Shown: positions 1 to 11,745, counted from the stretch's first letter. The stretch is 64,000 bases of DNA from Azolla caroliniana (GCA_043228905.1 JBHGNT010000004.1:8742001-8806000); one strand, 5' to 3'. Program-made: numbers and translations. Notes: a model not told the origin generated them from the sequence alone.

Positions 1-1421
1 TCGACTTCCATCCGAGCAGGTTGGCTCGATCCACCGGGCTTCTTGTTTGTTTCACCAATCTCTTTTCTTGGGATAGGTTGGGGTGGCCCTTCTTTCCCTC
101 CGTTCCTCGTGTTAGGTCGCTTTGATGTGCCATCTTCTTCACCGGTTCTCTTCCTCTTCTCTTCGACAAGGGCTTCATAGGTGTCACACACAACCTCCAC
201 AAAGCTTGTGTTTTCATCGATTGGATCTGACCATCCGGTTGCTCGTCGCACGTTTCGGTCAGCAAGTTTTAGATCCTCTGAATTGATTTTGCCTTTTTCT
301 TCGCACTCGAAGACCGTTGGCCAAAACCCAGCTCCTGGCTTGATCATTTTAAGATTCTCTTTTCCAACTCGTATCCCAGCCGAAGCGGCATAGTGCATAG
401 CCTCCACATGCCTTGCATCTTCTTCTTCTACAATCTTTTTCAGCCCACCTCTTCCAAAGTTCACTCGTAGTGGCTTCTAGGTCTCGCTTGAGTGAATCAT
501 GTTGCCGTCCAAATAGACGACATTCTTGCGGATCGCATCTTGCAAGTCAGCACATTCCCTTCGTGAGTGTTCAAAGCTATCGCACCACACACATCTATAC
601 GCTTCTTTTCCCTTGGGCTCGCGTCGACCTAAGTTGGCTAGCGATACCGCTTCAAACTTCTTGGAGAGCTCTTCGATTATAGACTCCTCCATTGCTTTCT
701 TGTCGAAATTGTTGATCGGCTTACTAGGCTCAATCGTCGTAGGTGCCTTCTTCCACAATTGTGGATTCTCGACCTCAGCTTCCTCTTGCCATTGTCGCCG
801 CTTATCCAAACGGCTGCAAGCCTTCTTCACCGCCACCCAGTCCGCTACCAAACCATTTGGTTGTGTTTCGTCCTCCAAGAAACTACCCAATTCTCGCCGA
901 TCTTTCGCATCCATTGCCTTTAGGAATAGTAAGACTTTATCTCCGTCGAGAACTCGTTGCTCGACACTCGGAAGTCGGTTGTACTTCTGGTCGAATTCGG
1001 CATAAATTCCCGATGCACACAGATTCTTCCCTTTCTTCTCGATCCAATTCATTAACATATGCCGAGTCATCCGCGATGCGTCTTCAAGCATGTATTCAGT
1101 GAGAAGAGCCCTTTCGAACTCCGCCCAAGTTGCATGCTCGTTTTGGATCTCCATCACGCGCTCACGGATCCCGGGTTCTACCACACGCTTAAAGCTTGAA
1201 ATTTGTTTTGGATCATGGACATCTCTTTGTTGCATCTCATTCCGGTAGGTAGCAAGGAAATTTGTGATGTTCTTCCCAACGAATCTTCCAACTGTCTCCA
1301 CAGTTCGGTCAACAGCTTTGTCGACTAGAGCCTCCCGATCTCTCTCTTTCAGCATGAATTCAACGACGGACATCATGCCTTTCGTCAATTCTTCTCCTTG
1401 AGTTCCACTTGTCAAAGCCAT
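1..1421 (-). pseudogene. Ty3/Gypsy gag (degenerate), element A; continues beyond left edge
   Basis: ATG at 1421 (MALTSGTQ...) just downstream of a PBS; FVGKNITNFL and CVWCDSFEH zinc knuckle; homologous to gag at 45627; premature TAG at 477-479 with homology continuing. Confidence 0.85.
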
Positions 1422-1454
1422 CTTCGTACTTGATATCCTCCTACTGCCTCGTTT

Positions 1455-1470
1455 CACGTCGGGTTCACCA
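1455..1470 (-). promoter_or_regulatory. Primer-binding site (tRNA-Trp type) of element A
   Basis: TGGTGAACCCGACGTG on minus strand, 4 nt from the LTR end; the same PBS occurs at 20491 and 45592 and near-identically at ~52140; complementary to the 3' end of plant tRNA-Trp (recalled). Confidence 0.85.
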
Positions 1471-1474
1471 AAGA

Positions 1475-2874
1475 TGTCGCGAAAATACGACGAGGATACG
1501 TGAACGTTGAGGCAGGACCCCGGGGCCTCCGACCAGAGGATAATCACATTTGTACGTTTATATTTTTAACAAATAACAAAAAGAAGAAATTTAATAATTT
1601 TCATTAACAAATGCAAAAAGAAATTACAATATGTCCCAAGATTGGGATTTAGAAGTTTTAGGTTTACTAAGATTAATAGAAAAGAAAAATTAGGGGTTTT
1701 GAGAGATATGGCTTCCGTCGGGAAGATTAGTATTAGGTTATATGAGTATTATGGCTTCCGTAGGGAAGATTAGGGTTTTTGAGTGTTATGGCTTCCCTAA
1801 GATAAGAGAGTTGAGAAGGACAAGAAAATTAAGATAATATGGAAAGTGCCTCCTCGTGTAGGAAAAAAAAATGGAATAAATATGGAGTTCTCCCTTGATC
1901 ATAGCCTTTCCACTTTTTGTTGCATGGCCTCTAATTTTAGTTGCCTAGCTTTTTCTTTTGGTTGCATGTAACTGTCCACATGACCTTTACTTTTTCCATG
2001 CACTCCCTTCTTTAGTTGCTTGCGTCCACATGGCCTTTACTTTAGTTCTCTTCACTTTACTTTAGTTTGTTGCATGATCCAATCTTTCGTCCGTCCGCGT
2101 CCAACCTCGTCCGGTAGCCGGTTCCATTTTGCTTGCCGGTCGGTTCCGGTTCCGGTTTGCTTGCTGGTTTCGGTTTTGCTTGCCGGCAAGCAAAACCGGA
2201 AACCGGCCGGTAAGCAAAACCGGAACCGGAACCAGCAAGCAAACCGGAACCGGTCGGCAAGCAAAATGGAACCGGCTACCGGACGAGGTTGGACGCGGAC
2301 GGACGAAAGATTGGATCATGCATCAAACTAAAGTAAAGTGAAGAGAACTAAAGTAAAGGCCATGTGGACGCAAGCAACTAAAGAAGGGAGTGGATGGAAA
2401 AAGTAAAGGTCATGTGGACAGTCACATGCAACCAAAAGAAAAAGCTAGGCAACTAAAAGTAGAGGCCATGCAACAAAAAGTGGAAAGGCTATGATCAAGG
2501 GAGAACTCCATATTTGTTCCATTTTTTTTTCCTACACGAGGAGGCACTTTCCATATTATCTTAATTTTCTTGTCCTTCTCAACTCTCTTATCATAGGGAA
2601 GCCATAACACTCAAAAACCCTAATCTTCCCTATGGAAGCCATATCTCTCAAAACCCCTAATTTTTCTTTTCTATTAATCTTAGTAAACCTAAAACTTCTA
2701 AATCCCAATCTTGGGACATATTGTAATTTCTTTTTCCTTTGTTAATGAAAATTATTAAATTTCTTCTTTCTGTTATTTGTTAAAAATATAAACGCACAAA
2801 TGTTATTATCCTCTGGTCGGAGGCCCCGAGGTCCTGGCTCAACGTTCACGTATCCTCGTCGTATTTTCGCGACA
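1475..2874. repeat. 1.4-kb near-perfect palindrome occupying the 5' LTR position of element A
   Basis: Starts TGTCGCGAAAATACGACG, ends CGTCGTATTTTCGCGACA; arms are reverse complements along their length with a few substitutions and a short duplication in the left arm (~1720-1790); centre near 2176-2200. Confidence 0.95.
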
Positions 2875-4100
2875 GCGGGCTCGGGAAGCTACGAATGAGA
2901 AGGGAATCGACGCAACTACGGTGGAGTAGTTGCTAAAGGAGATGGAGAATCTAAAAATCGCGATGGTGAAGAAGTCGGATGACCGTCCCACAAGTTCCAA
3001 GTATATGGACCGTCGATGCATATGGTGCGATAGCACCGAACATGATCGGAGGGATTGCGATGAGCACAAGGAAGCGCTACGACAGGATCTTATCTACTAC
3101 GAGGGAAATCGGATTCATTCGATGGACTCTCGGAAGCCACTCCGACCGAACTTCTGAAAAGGCTGCATGAAGAAGGTCTTAGAGGAGGAAATAGCGGCGA
3201 AGAACAATTACGCGACAACCGCGGGAATACGTGTCGGGGAGTCATCGGGAGCAAAGGTGTCTTTTTGGCCGGAAGTGCTAGAAAACACCGAGAAAACCGA
3301 CTCTAACGAGATCCAAAGCACCGCGGAAGGCATCCGGGAAGCTATGGGATGGGAGTGCCCCGTCGATAAGAATAGCGTGTTTGCTTTATGCCAATTGCAT
3401 GAAGTGTATGTAGATGAGAAGCAACAGCGCACGGATGAGGCGGCCGGTCCATCGAAGACACCGGAAAGCTGGAACTCCGGAGGTAAGGGAAAAGAAAAGA
3501 TGATTCCGGCATTCAAGCCCGCCTCGGACATCGAACAACAAACGGACTTGAAAAAGGTGTTCAAGGAGAGAATCCTGGATAGCCGGGTAGATTTTTCGCT
3601 TCGAGAATTACTCGGAATAGCGAAGGAGTTCCACGATCTTCTTGTGGATCTCGTGAAGAGAAAAAGGCAAAGTACGGAGGAGAATGCTCCAAGGGTGAAT
3701 GCAAATACCGTTCTAATGAATGACACCGAATTGGAGGACGAAATACCGAATTCTCACTACACAAAGCCACACTGGGCACGCGCAACTACGGAGACTCTGG
3801 TCCGAATCGGTAACATCAAAGAACCTGTGCTAGCATTGATTGATCACGGATCAGAGATCAACTTGATGTCCAAGGAATTCTACCGGAAGGGTAAGTGGCC
3901 TATTAACACAAATCATGGGTGGAAGATCCGGCCGGCCACTAAAGCAACGGAAGATCTATTTGCGGCTTGTCCGGATGTGACGGTGAAGATCGGGGATGTC
4001 GAGATCGACCAAAATTTCTTCGTACAAGATGAGGTCTCACACTCCGTGATCCTCGAGCAACCTTTTATTACGGCATCACGGATGGAGACGAAGGTGCTTG
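2875..4100 (+). pseudogene. gag C-terminus and aspartic protease of element B
   Basis: CIWCDSTEH zinc knuckle; protease ALIDHGSEINL; in-frame stops; ends at METKVLDT and resumes as AAFARIRSQ after 11745. Confidence 0.9.
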
Positions 4101-4137
4101 ACACCGGGTCATTTGAAAACAGGTAATATGTAGTATT
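4101..4137 (+). repeat. Left terminal inverted repeat
   Basis: ACACCGGGTCATTTGAAAACAGGTAATATGTAGTATT; first 17 nt perfectly inverted at 11729-11745. Confidence 0.92.
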
Positions 4138-4819
4138 CTCTTTTGGCATAGTTGGCCAGATGTAGAAAATATCGAAAATATATGATGCATGCATACCCCT
4201 TTTGCGACTTGATGGTTAAATATAGAACAAAAAAAACCTAGCAATTACTAAATTGTATATGTGTCCACATTCGTGTCAATTTGCATATCATGGAGCACAA
4301 TTGAAGACTTGGTTCAATATAAAGTTCTAAAATTGGTATCCATATTCAAATTGTAGAGTAAAACTACATAAACCGTAATTATAAATATGTGGTTTTGGGT
4401 TTAGGAATAAAGTAGTACCCCACTTGTTGGACCGGTATATCGATAGTTTCATTGTATAATGTCATATAGTTCATGACAATGTAATTGGTAAGAGTAACAA
4501 TTACGTACGACATTCATTTATACTATGTGGAACCAGTAGACTTGAACCGTAGGTAATTAAAAACCTCTTATTATCAAAAACATTCGCCTTTTCATATACA
4601 GTCATGCTAACGGAAATGAGAAATTACAATATCATGTTGGTGACCAATTATATGTAAATACAAACAACGGTTCCAATAATGATTAAAAAGGGAAATTATG
4701 AACAGGTGAATTTAATTAAACGATAAACAATTACAGATGTTCTCATATACAAATATAATATGAAGTGATGGTGAACATTATGCCTCAAAATCCTCAATTT
4801 TTACATTACGCCATCTACA

Positions 4820-7800
4820 TCAATCTATAAGCAAATCAGGCAGAGCAGGCTCCTCTAGCGTTGATTGTTCTAGACTGTTTTCATTCGTGTCATCTCCAAG
4901 CTCTCCCGAATCTGATGTATGGTCAAAATGTGCTACATCTTCCAGGTCCACCAGCTCCCCTGCTTCTTCATCAATTGGTTCCATTGGTTCTCGTGAAGTC
5001 ATCTGGAACATCTCTGTCTCGTTGATGTGTTTTGCTCCGACTTCTTGATCCTGATCTGGACAGTCCCAGATTCCTGTGATCCTCATTTTGATGAAGTTAA
5101 CTTGAGCAGGGTCCTTCTCCAATGCAACACAGTTTCTAAACATCTTCAATGCACAAGCTGTCGTTGTACCTAATGGTCGCATGAACACAAACAAGTATAT
5201 ATAAGAAGTAAAGTCTTAAACTTGATAGACAAGATTGAAATTAAATATATATATTATACCTGTGCCAGAGAACAAGTCTAGGACCCAATCATCTGGATTC
5301 GAGAAGAGCTCTATGAGGCGGTTGATCAATCTTTGAGGTTTTTGATAAGGGTTCACAATACTTTTATCCCCTGACACATGTCTTAATTTTTTGGTTACGG
5401 TTGGGCACATGATGTAGTTAACCACGTTACGCTCATTGACATGTGCTCTAGCCTTCTTCTTGGTAATTGAATCATAGTAGCCCACACAAAAATGTTCGAC
5501 CGCACTAACCATTCGATCGCCAGGGCTACGTGTAATATTTGTTTTGATCCTATAGAGAAAGAAAATCAAGTATTAGAGGTGTAAATGTGTACATATAATA
5601 AGAAGTACTGTAATGAGTAAAAGCGAACTATAACGCACCAATGCATGTGTTCAGTGGCATGACAATGGGACTTCAAAGCTGTTGTGACTGACAGTGATTG
5701 CCCCATGCTATGAAATATGACTATCCTCCACAAGGGGGCCAATGTCAGTTCTGCGAAATCCTTTACCATTTTCTCGATCTGAGGGTACTTGAAAGGCACA
5801 TCATCATATGTTGATCCCGCAATACGGAAACCATATGGTATGTCAGCTATCAGCAAAGTGTAGTGCCTTCTCGGTAACAGTTCGAGCATCTGGGATACTT
5901 CGCCATTGAAAACACTATAATGAAGTTGTTTGAAAGGATCGGACCTATGCAAAAAACTCTTTACAGTCTCCGAATCCTCGGGCAGTTCCATTTCCTTCCC
6001 TTTGGTCATTCTCTTCTCATATTTCGCACGTTCTAAGTGCGTGATGAAGGCCGTTGGAATACCGTCATTATTGTCGTTGTTCTTTTTCGATTTTGATGGT
6101 TTCTGCAAGTGTCATTGTTGTTAGCAGGGAACATTACTTTCTAACATATCAACATTCAAAAGACACATACCCATTCTCTAAATACAATAAAATATTCCTC
6201 CAATGCCTTGTAGGAAGAAGTTATCGGGCAGGCTTGTTCAACTTCTTCCCATGTCGGTAAACTCAGTTTTTGCATCATCAACTCCTGAATCTTCATGTAT
6301 ACCTTGTGACTGCACAATCAATATGAAATTAGAAATAAGATATTCAAAATAATTGAAGACTTTCATGAAAAGGTATACTATAAACACTTACTTTTGCAAG
6401 TCTGTTACCATCTCATCCAAACTAAATTCCTTGGCGACCACTCGAGATAGCACGGATATTAACAATCTATCATCTTTGATACCTTGTAATGATCTCCAAG
6501 GTAAAAGTTTCATGTCCTCTGGTAACTCCTCGATTACCAAGTCGCTTTTTCCCTTGATCTTTGATTTCATCTCAACTTGTGGATCAATTCTTCCCTTTTT
6601 TGATCTTTGCCCCTTGACTTCTTTCCGCTCCCACATAGAGAATATTTTGTCTTGGATATCCCACACCTCTCCGGTCCGAAAAGCTAGTTGAAACCAAGAA
6701 TCATATTTTCGGAGACCTTCGGATTTCGTACTCTCATCCACTGCAATCCCTACTTCCAATAAACACTGGCGTCGCAATCCAGGCCACAATCTTGGACCAA
6801 AACGATTCAAGGCATCGAGGTATTCATGATGAAAAAATCCTATCCTCTCTATACGTGACATCTTTTGCCTATAATCGTTCTCATTGTTATGGTCCCATGC
6901 AAGCAGCTTCGCCTCCTCGTGAGTTAGTCCTGCATATACCTTACATTCGGCGTATTTGAAGAACGGCGTGAGAGGATATTCTTTGACAAGCTGTCGTCGA
7001 GCTTCGGCCGAATGTGATCCTCCGATTACATAGTATGTGTAATCATCTGCAGAGCTATACTTGAAATCTGCTACTGTTGGGCATTGTTCTTGATCAACCA
7101 TTACCAAAAATGGCACCACAGTAGCGTGAGGATTGATTTTCATTTTGCTTTTCAGGTTTTGGACATGGACGGAGTGCGGCTCCCTAATTTCCAAGGGACG
7201 TCTTCCAGTCACGGGGTCAATGGGGGGCCTTTGGATAGAAGTAATGGGCAAATGAAATAGTTGGCCCCTGCGCACAAGTTTAGTCTTCACAATATTTTCT
7301 CTTATTTTATTTTGTTCTGATGTCAGGACACCAGAAGATAGTTGTCCGCCTGGAGCCACGACGTCGACTTGTTGGTCGTCTTCTTCTTCCACGAACTCTA
7401 ATATTTCTTCTTCTTCTTCTTCGGGTCGTGGTCGTTTAGTATATTTCTTTTGAACAGGATTTGTCTTCCTAGACTTTTTCGGTGGAGTTTCTGCTTCACC
7501 GGTCATCATCTCTCCTGTCACGTACGGCCGAAGAGCTACCAACAAGTTGTTTTTCGTTTGCAGGTCTTTACGCAAAGCCTTGGGATTGCAAGATTCGGGT
7601 ACTAGGTTTCCCTCATCAAGTCGCAATCGCCTGTCGCCAACTGAGCTCGAGACGTCTATTAAAATACATGTAGAATCAATGTCTTCGTACTCTAGCTTGG
7701 TTACATGCCCGTAATTAAATGTTTTTCCAAGCTGAAGTTTCCCTTCCCCGTCCGATTTTGCCGTTATCAATAACAACACCCCATCCTCCTCGACATAAGA

Positions 7801-8449
7801 GAGACACCATTCAAGTTCGGGGTAATCCTTATATTTCACGTCAACCGTTTTCTCCTCTTGCGTACTACCTTTGTTGATTTTGGTAGTAGCCACAGATGAC
7901 TTAGATCCTCCTTCCCCCGTTGAGTCAAATAAATTCTTTTTACTCGTGTCCTTCATGAAGGAGCCAGAATCTCGTTTTGTCGGAGATCGAATCTTCAATC
8001 TAAATGAAGGAACTTTTTGTCTGGGTTCACTGAAATTAAAAACGTTGGTGAAAACATAGAAACAACGTACAATTTCATCTAAATCACGCAAATTATCATA
8101 TAAATTATGTCAATTTTATGGTCCCATGCGATAGTTTTTTATCGCAAAAACAACATATTTTTCAACCAAAATCCGTTGCAGTGCATCGGAATTTGGTTGA
8201 AGGCAGGACCTTTCAACCGAAATCAGGCCTTTCAACCAAAATCCAGATTTCGGTTGAAAGGCAGGACCTTTCAATCAAAATCCGGATTTCGGTTGAAGGT
8301 CCTGGCTTTCAGAATTGCTTTCCAAGTTCGTTGTACAAAATAAAATAAAATTTCTATGTGTTGAGGAAAGGAATCTTTAAGGAATCTTTAGGAATCTTAA
8401 AAAATGTAATGAATATTACTAACCTGACGATTTTCTTTCCCTTGTTCAT
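4820..8449 (-). CDS. Six-exon gene: ParB-like domain fused to beta-class N6-adenine/N4-cytosine DNA methyltransferase (~968 aa)
   Basis: Exons 8449-8424, 8029-6392, 6309-6171, 6102-5639, 5549-5260, 5169-4820 joined by GT..AG introns give a 2907-nt open frame. Motif IV-like LLIADIPYG precedes HW|IKTN...VEH, then NPYQKPQRLINRLIELFSNPDDWVLDLFSGT|GTTTACALKMFRNCVALEKD (motifs X-I-II). ParB-like segment: IREPHSVHVQNLKSKM...VPFLVMV...YYVIGGSHSAEARRQL...LAWDHN. The tiny first exon is the least certain. Confidence 0.88.
8161..8297. repeat. Seven copies of a ~14-bp motif TTCAACCRAAATCC in mixed orientation inside predicted intron 1
   Basis: Forward copies at 8161, 8212, 8231, 8270; reverse copies at 8188, 8246, 8284; several are separated by GGCAGGACCT linkers. 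Confidence 0.9.
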
Positions 8450-8746
8450 GGTTCGTGCCGGAGGTAGTGCTGTCCAAGATGTGCTTCTGAGTGCTCGAAA
8501 ATTGGCCTGTGCTCTGAGCTCGATGGATTCTTTCACGTGATAATGAAAATGAAATTTCTAACCTCCTTATATAGAAGACTTTAGCATTCTTTTTAAAATA
8601 AAAAATAATTTTTAATTATTTGTTTTTTAGGAAAATTTCGGAAAATAATATAGTTAATCTAAGTGTTCGGGTAGTTATATAGTTAGGCTTTAGCATTCCT
8701 TAATTTTCATGAAAGAAGGTTTTAGAATACAGTTAGACTCCCTCAA
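8450..8746. promoter_or_regulatory. Putative divergent promoter between methyltransferase and transposase genes
   Basis: ~300-bp AT-rich gap between head-to-head ATGs; motif TTATATAG..AG.CTTTAGCATTC occurs twice (~8567 and ~8675), each containing a TATA-like box. Confidence 0.5.
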
Positions 8747-11419
8747 ATGTCTTCTTCTACAAGTAGAACATCTCTTTTTTCTATTGCCCCCTTTTCATTG
8801 ACAGATAACTCGTATTTCTCAATAGAAGAGTACGACCACAAAAAACATTCGCGGCTTAAACAGAAAAGTGTGGCTCCTAGTACTTCGAATTCTCTGTTTT
8901 CAATTGATCCTGTTGATGGCCCTCTTCATGCAAGCCTACAAGCGGACGATTCTTCGTTGATAGATAACAATAGCATTACTAAACCTCTAGCATTTAAAAG
9001 AGTTCCTCGACAAGTTAGTGAAAAGAGATTTAATTTCTTATGTTCTGATCGTCAACTTCTATGCAACTTGAACAAATCGTGTTGTGTGAATCTCTGTCTA
9101 TCAACTTATGGAAAGTCAAGGTTACGTGAAACACGAAAAAAATACTTGTCGCTTAATGGGGAAGAGCAAGATACATTTCTTATTGCGCATATGCAACTTA
9201 AATTGGATCACAAAGCAGGGCCTAATTCAACGCAAGTTGAATATTTCCTTGGACTATATACCAAGTGTTGTCGAGCAACTTTTAAAATCACTCATAGCAT
9301 TGGAAATATGCGGCTGCAACGAGTTCAAGAGCGACTTGTGAAGGGCTCCTGGGTACAGTTCGATCAAAATGGTTCTGGATGTAAGGGTCAAATTGGGCAA
9401 TAGGCAATTAGGTGGATGGAGGTATATTTTTCAAAACAGTGCGAAGTTATGCCAACGACAGGAAGACTTCATTTGTCAGATAACTTTACTCGAAGGGAAG
9501 TTTACCAATCGTACAAGGACGACATGTCTTCCGATATTGAGCCTTACATACAGTACATGAATTTTAATCGACTATGGAGGTTACAATTTAATAACGTGGT
9601 TATCCCACGAAAGGTGCGAATGGGAGTCTGCTCAATATGTGCGAGTTTAAAAAGTATGGCCAAGGGTGGAAAATCAGATGTAGAGATCAAGAATTACAAG
9701 AACCTGTTAAAAGAACATCGTGAAAGTCAGGCATTGGAACGTACTAAGGCTATGCATCACCGACAAAAAGCGTTTCAATCTCCCGAAAAGTATATGTGCA
9801 TGATTATTGACAGCATGGATCAAAAGAAAACTTGTTTGCCGCATTTTCAAAGACTCCCCAAGGATATTGGAGATGAGTGTCTCGTGCAAATGCATCTAGT
9901 GGGTTGTTTGAGATACTGTCAAACTATAAGACCGCAAGTGTTCTTAACTTATCCCAATATCCACAACGACCCTAATCTTACTGTCACTGTCATGCACAGG
10001 GTATTGCAATCATGGTCAGGTATACTCCCGCCAGTTCTATATGTGCAACTAGACAACACAGCAAGAGAGAATAAGAACTCAACTGTCTTCGGCTATCTAA
10101 GCATGCTAGTAGAGAGGGGCATATTTAAAAAGATAAAGGTTAACTTCTTGTTGGTTGGTCATACCCATGATCACATAGATCAAATGTTCAGTAGGTTCTC
10201 AAAGAAACTTGCTCGTTGGTATGCTTTCACACTTCCCACACTATCCAAATTGATTAGTGAAGCATATACACCAAAGCCTGAAGTACAACACTTGGAAGAA
10301 GTATACGACTTTAAACGTTTCTGCATGGATAGTGACGGGACTAAAGGTAGGGTGCTTGCACCTCTTAATAATATAAGTTTCAACCATGTCTTCCTCATAA
10401 AACAAAGATCGGCCCACCTGAAGATGACGGTGTTGTTTGCGAAACAATACTCATCTAGTGCACAATGGGAGCCCCAAGAAGGTTGTAGGCTCCTTCTTCA
10501 TATCCCAGATGAACCTCTACATGGTGCACAACAAATGCCATATGATGATTGTAAAAATGTAGCACCAAATAGTACTATTGATGAACAAAGGGCATATTGG
10601 TTGAGATGTCTAGCAGAGAAACAAAATAATATTGATCGGACTAAGAAGTATGCCGGTGATGAGGATGTTGAATGGTGGGAGATTTTCTTCACCCATCAAC
10701 GCACCATTTTAGATAATTACATCGCCGGTTTATGGCCAATCCGTATCCCATTCACATGGAACATTGGGATGACATCAACGATATCGCAGACTCATCACCA
10801 ACAATCAAATAATATGGAGCTTCATGATTTAGTTCGGCCACTGCAAAGAGATATTTATGTGGGACCAAGAAAGTCACGTACTGTTGAGGCAAGATGGCAA
10901 GGTAATTTGCAAGAACTACAAGTGGGAATGTTGGTTGCAACATTAGCAGGGGACGATACCTTGGGCCATCCATTTTGGATTGCAAAAATTATTGAATTAG
11001 TAAGGGATGAAGAAAGTAGTCAGACAAAGTCAATAGTAGTCCATTGGTATCAGACAAATTCAACTGATGCATTTACAGGAAAGTATTCTTTAGAGATGGT
11101 TAAGGATGTCGGATGTTCAAGCAGAAAGAGAAGAAGAAAGAATATACCGAGCATGGCTACTCTCGCACTAGACCGTGTTGACATACTAGTATATGACTTC
11201 TCATTGACAAAATCAGGTCATCTAAGACAAGCAACTATCAAGATAATAAAGGAGAAAATCCCAAACATGGTGTCAAACGAAATACAGAGAATAACCAGAA
11301 GCAATTCTCATAACCACAAAGATGTTGGGTTGGAATTGGATGAGGATAATGCTTTGATTGCCACTGATGATGAGGATGAGACGTCAGAAGGCTCTTCTAG
11401 TCCATCAGACATGTCTTAA
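8747..11419 (+). pseudogene. DDD-type transposase (Sola1-like), one in-frame TAG at 9401-9403
   Basis: ORFs 8747-9403 and 9416-11419 are in the same frame. Cys-rich N-terminus, CSIC motif, acidic catalytic candidates MIIDSMDQ, QLDNTARENKN, VGHTHDHIDQMFS; lies between TIRs. Superfamily call is from recalled motifs. Confidence 0.8.
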
Positions 11420-11709
11420 TATATTGGTTTGGTTCAAGCTGGGGATTGTTTTACTACATGATCGGAAACTTTGTAAATTTGTTTTGGATGTAAACTCACG
11501 AATATGTATAATTGTAACTGGTACACATGTTGTACATTATTTTGTAATTTTGGTGATGTATTTTTGGAGGCATTTTACTTATGACTCAAAGTGGTAGTCA
11601 TGTTGAAATTCAATATATTTTGCCACCTTTTCTGAAAAGCTTTACGCATGCGTCGTGTCTTTTTGAAAACTGCGTGCTTTTGTGCCCTTTTTCGACGTAG
11701 TGTTCTCAT

Positions 11710-11745
11710 AATGCGACATATTACCTGCTTCAAATGACCCGGTGT
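11710..11745 (-). repeat. Right terminal inverted repeat
   Basis: Reverse complement reads ACACCGGGTCATTTGAAGCAGGTAATATGTCGCATT, matching the left TIR with one indel/substitution site and two further mismatches. Confidence 0.92.

Larger units (their letters stand above)
4101..11745. mobile_element. TIR DNA transposon (~7.6 kb, Sola1-like transposase) carrying a ParB-like/DNA-methyltransferase gene
   Basis: ~36-bp terminal inverted repeats; splits a Gypsy protease coding sequence; visibly AT-richer than flanks; two divergent genes inside. Exact ends are ambiguous by a few bases and no clean TSD was resolved. Confidence 0.9.

Noticed and set aside
2020-2341. Mirror ORFs on both strands
   Set aside because: Artefact of the GC-rich palindrome centre.
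4820-6108. Bacterial contamination or a restriction-modification operon as source of the MTase
   Set aside because: Motifs are split by spliceosomal introns, no nuclease partner is visible, and the gene is nested in a eukaryotic transposon within a retrotransposon.
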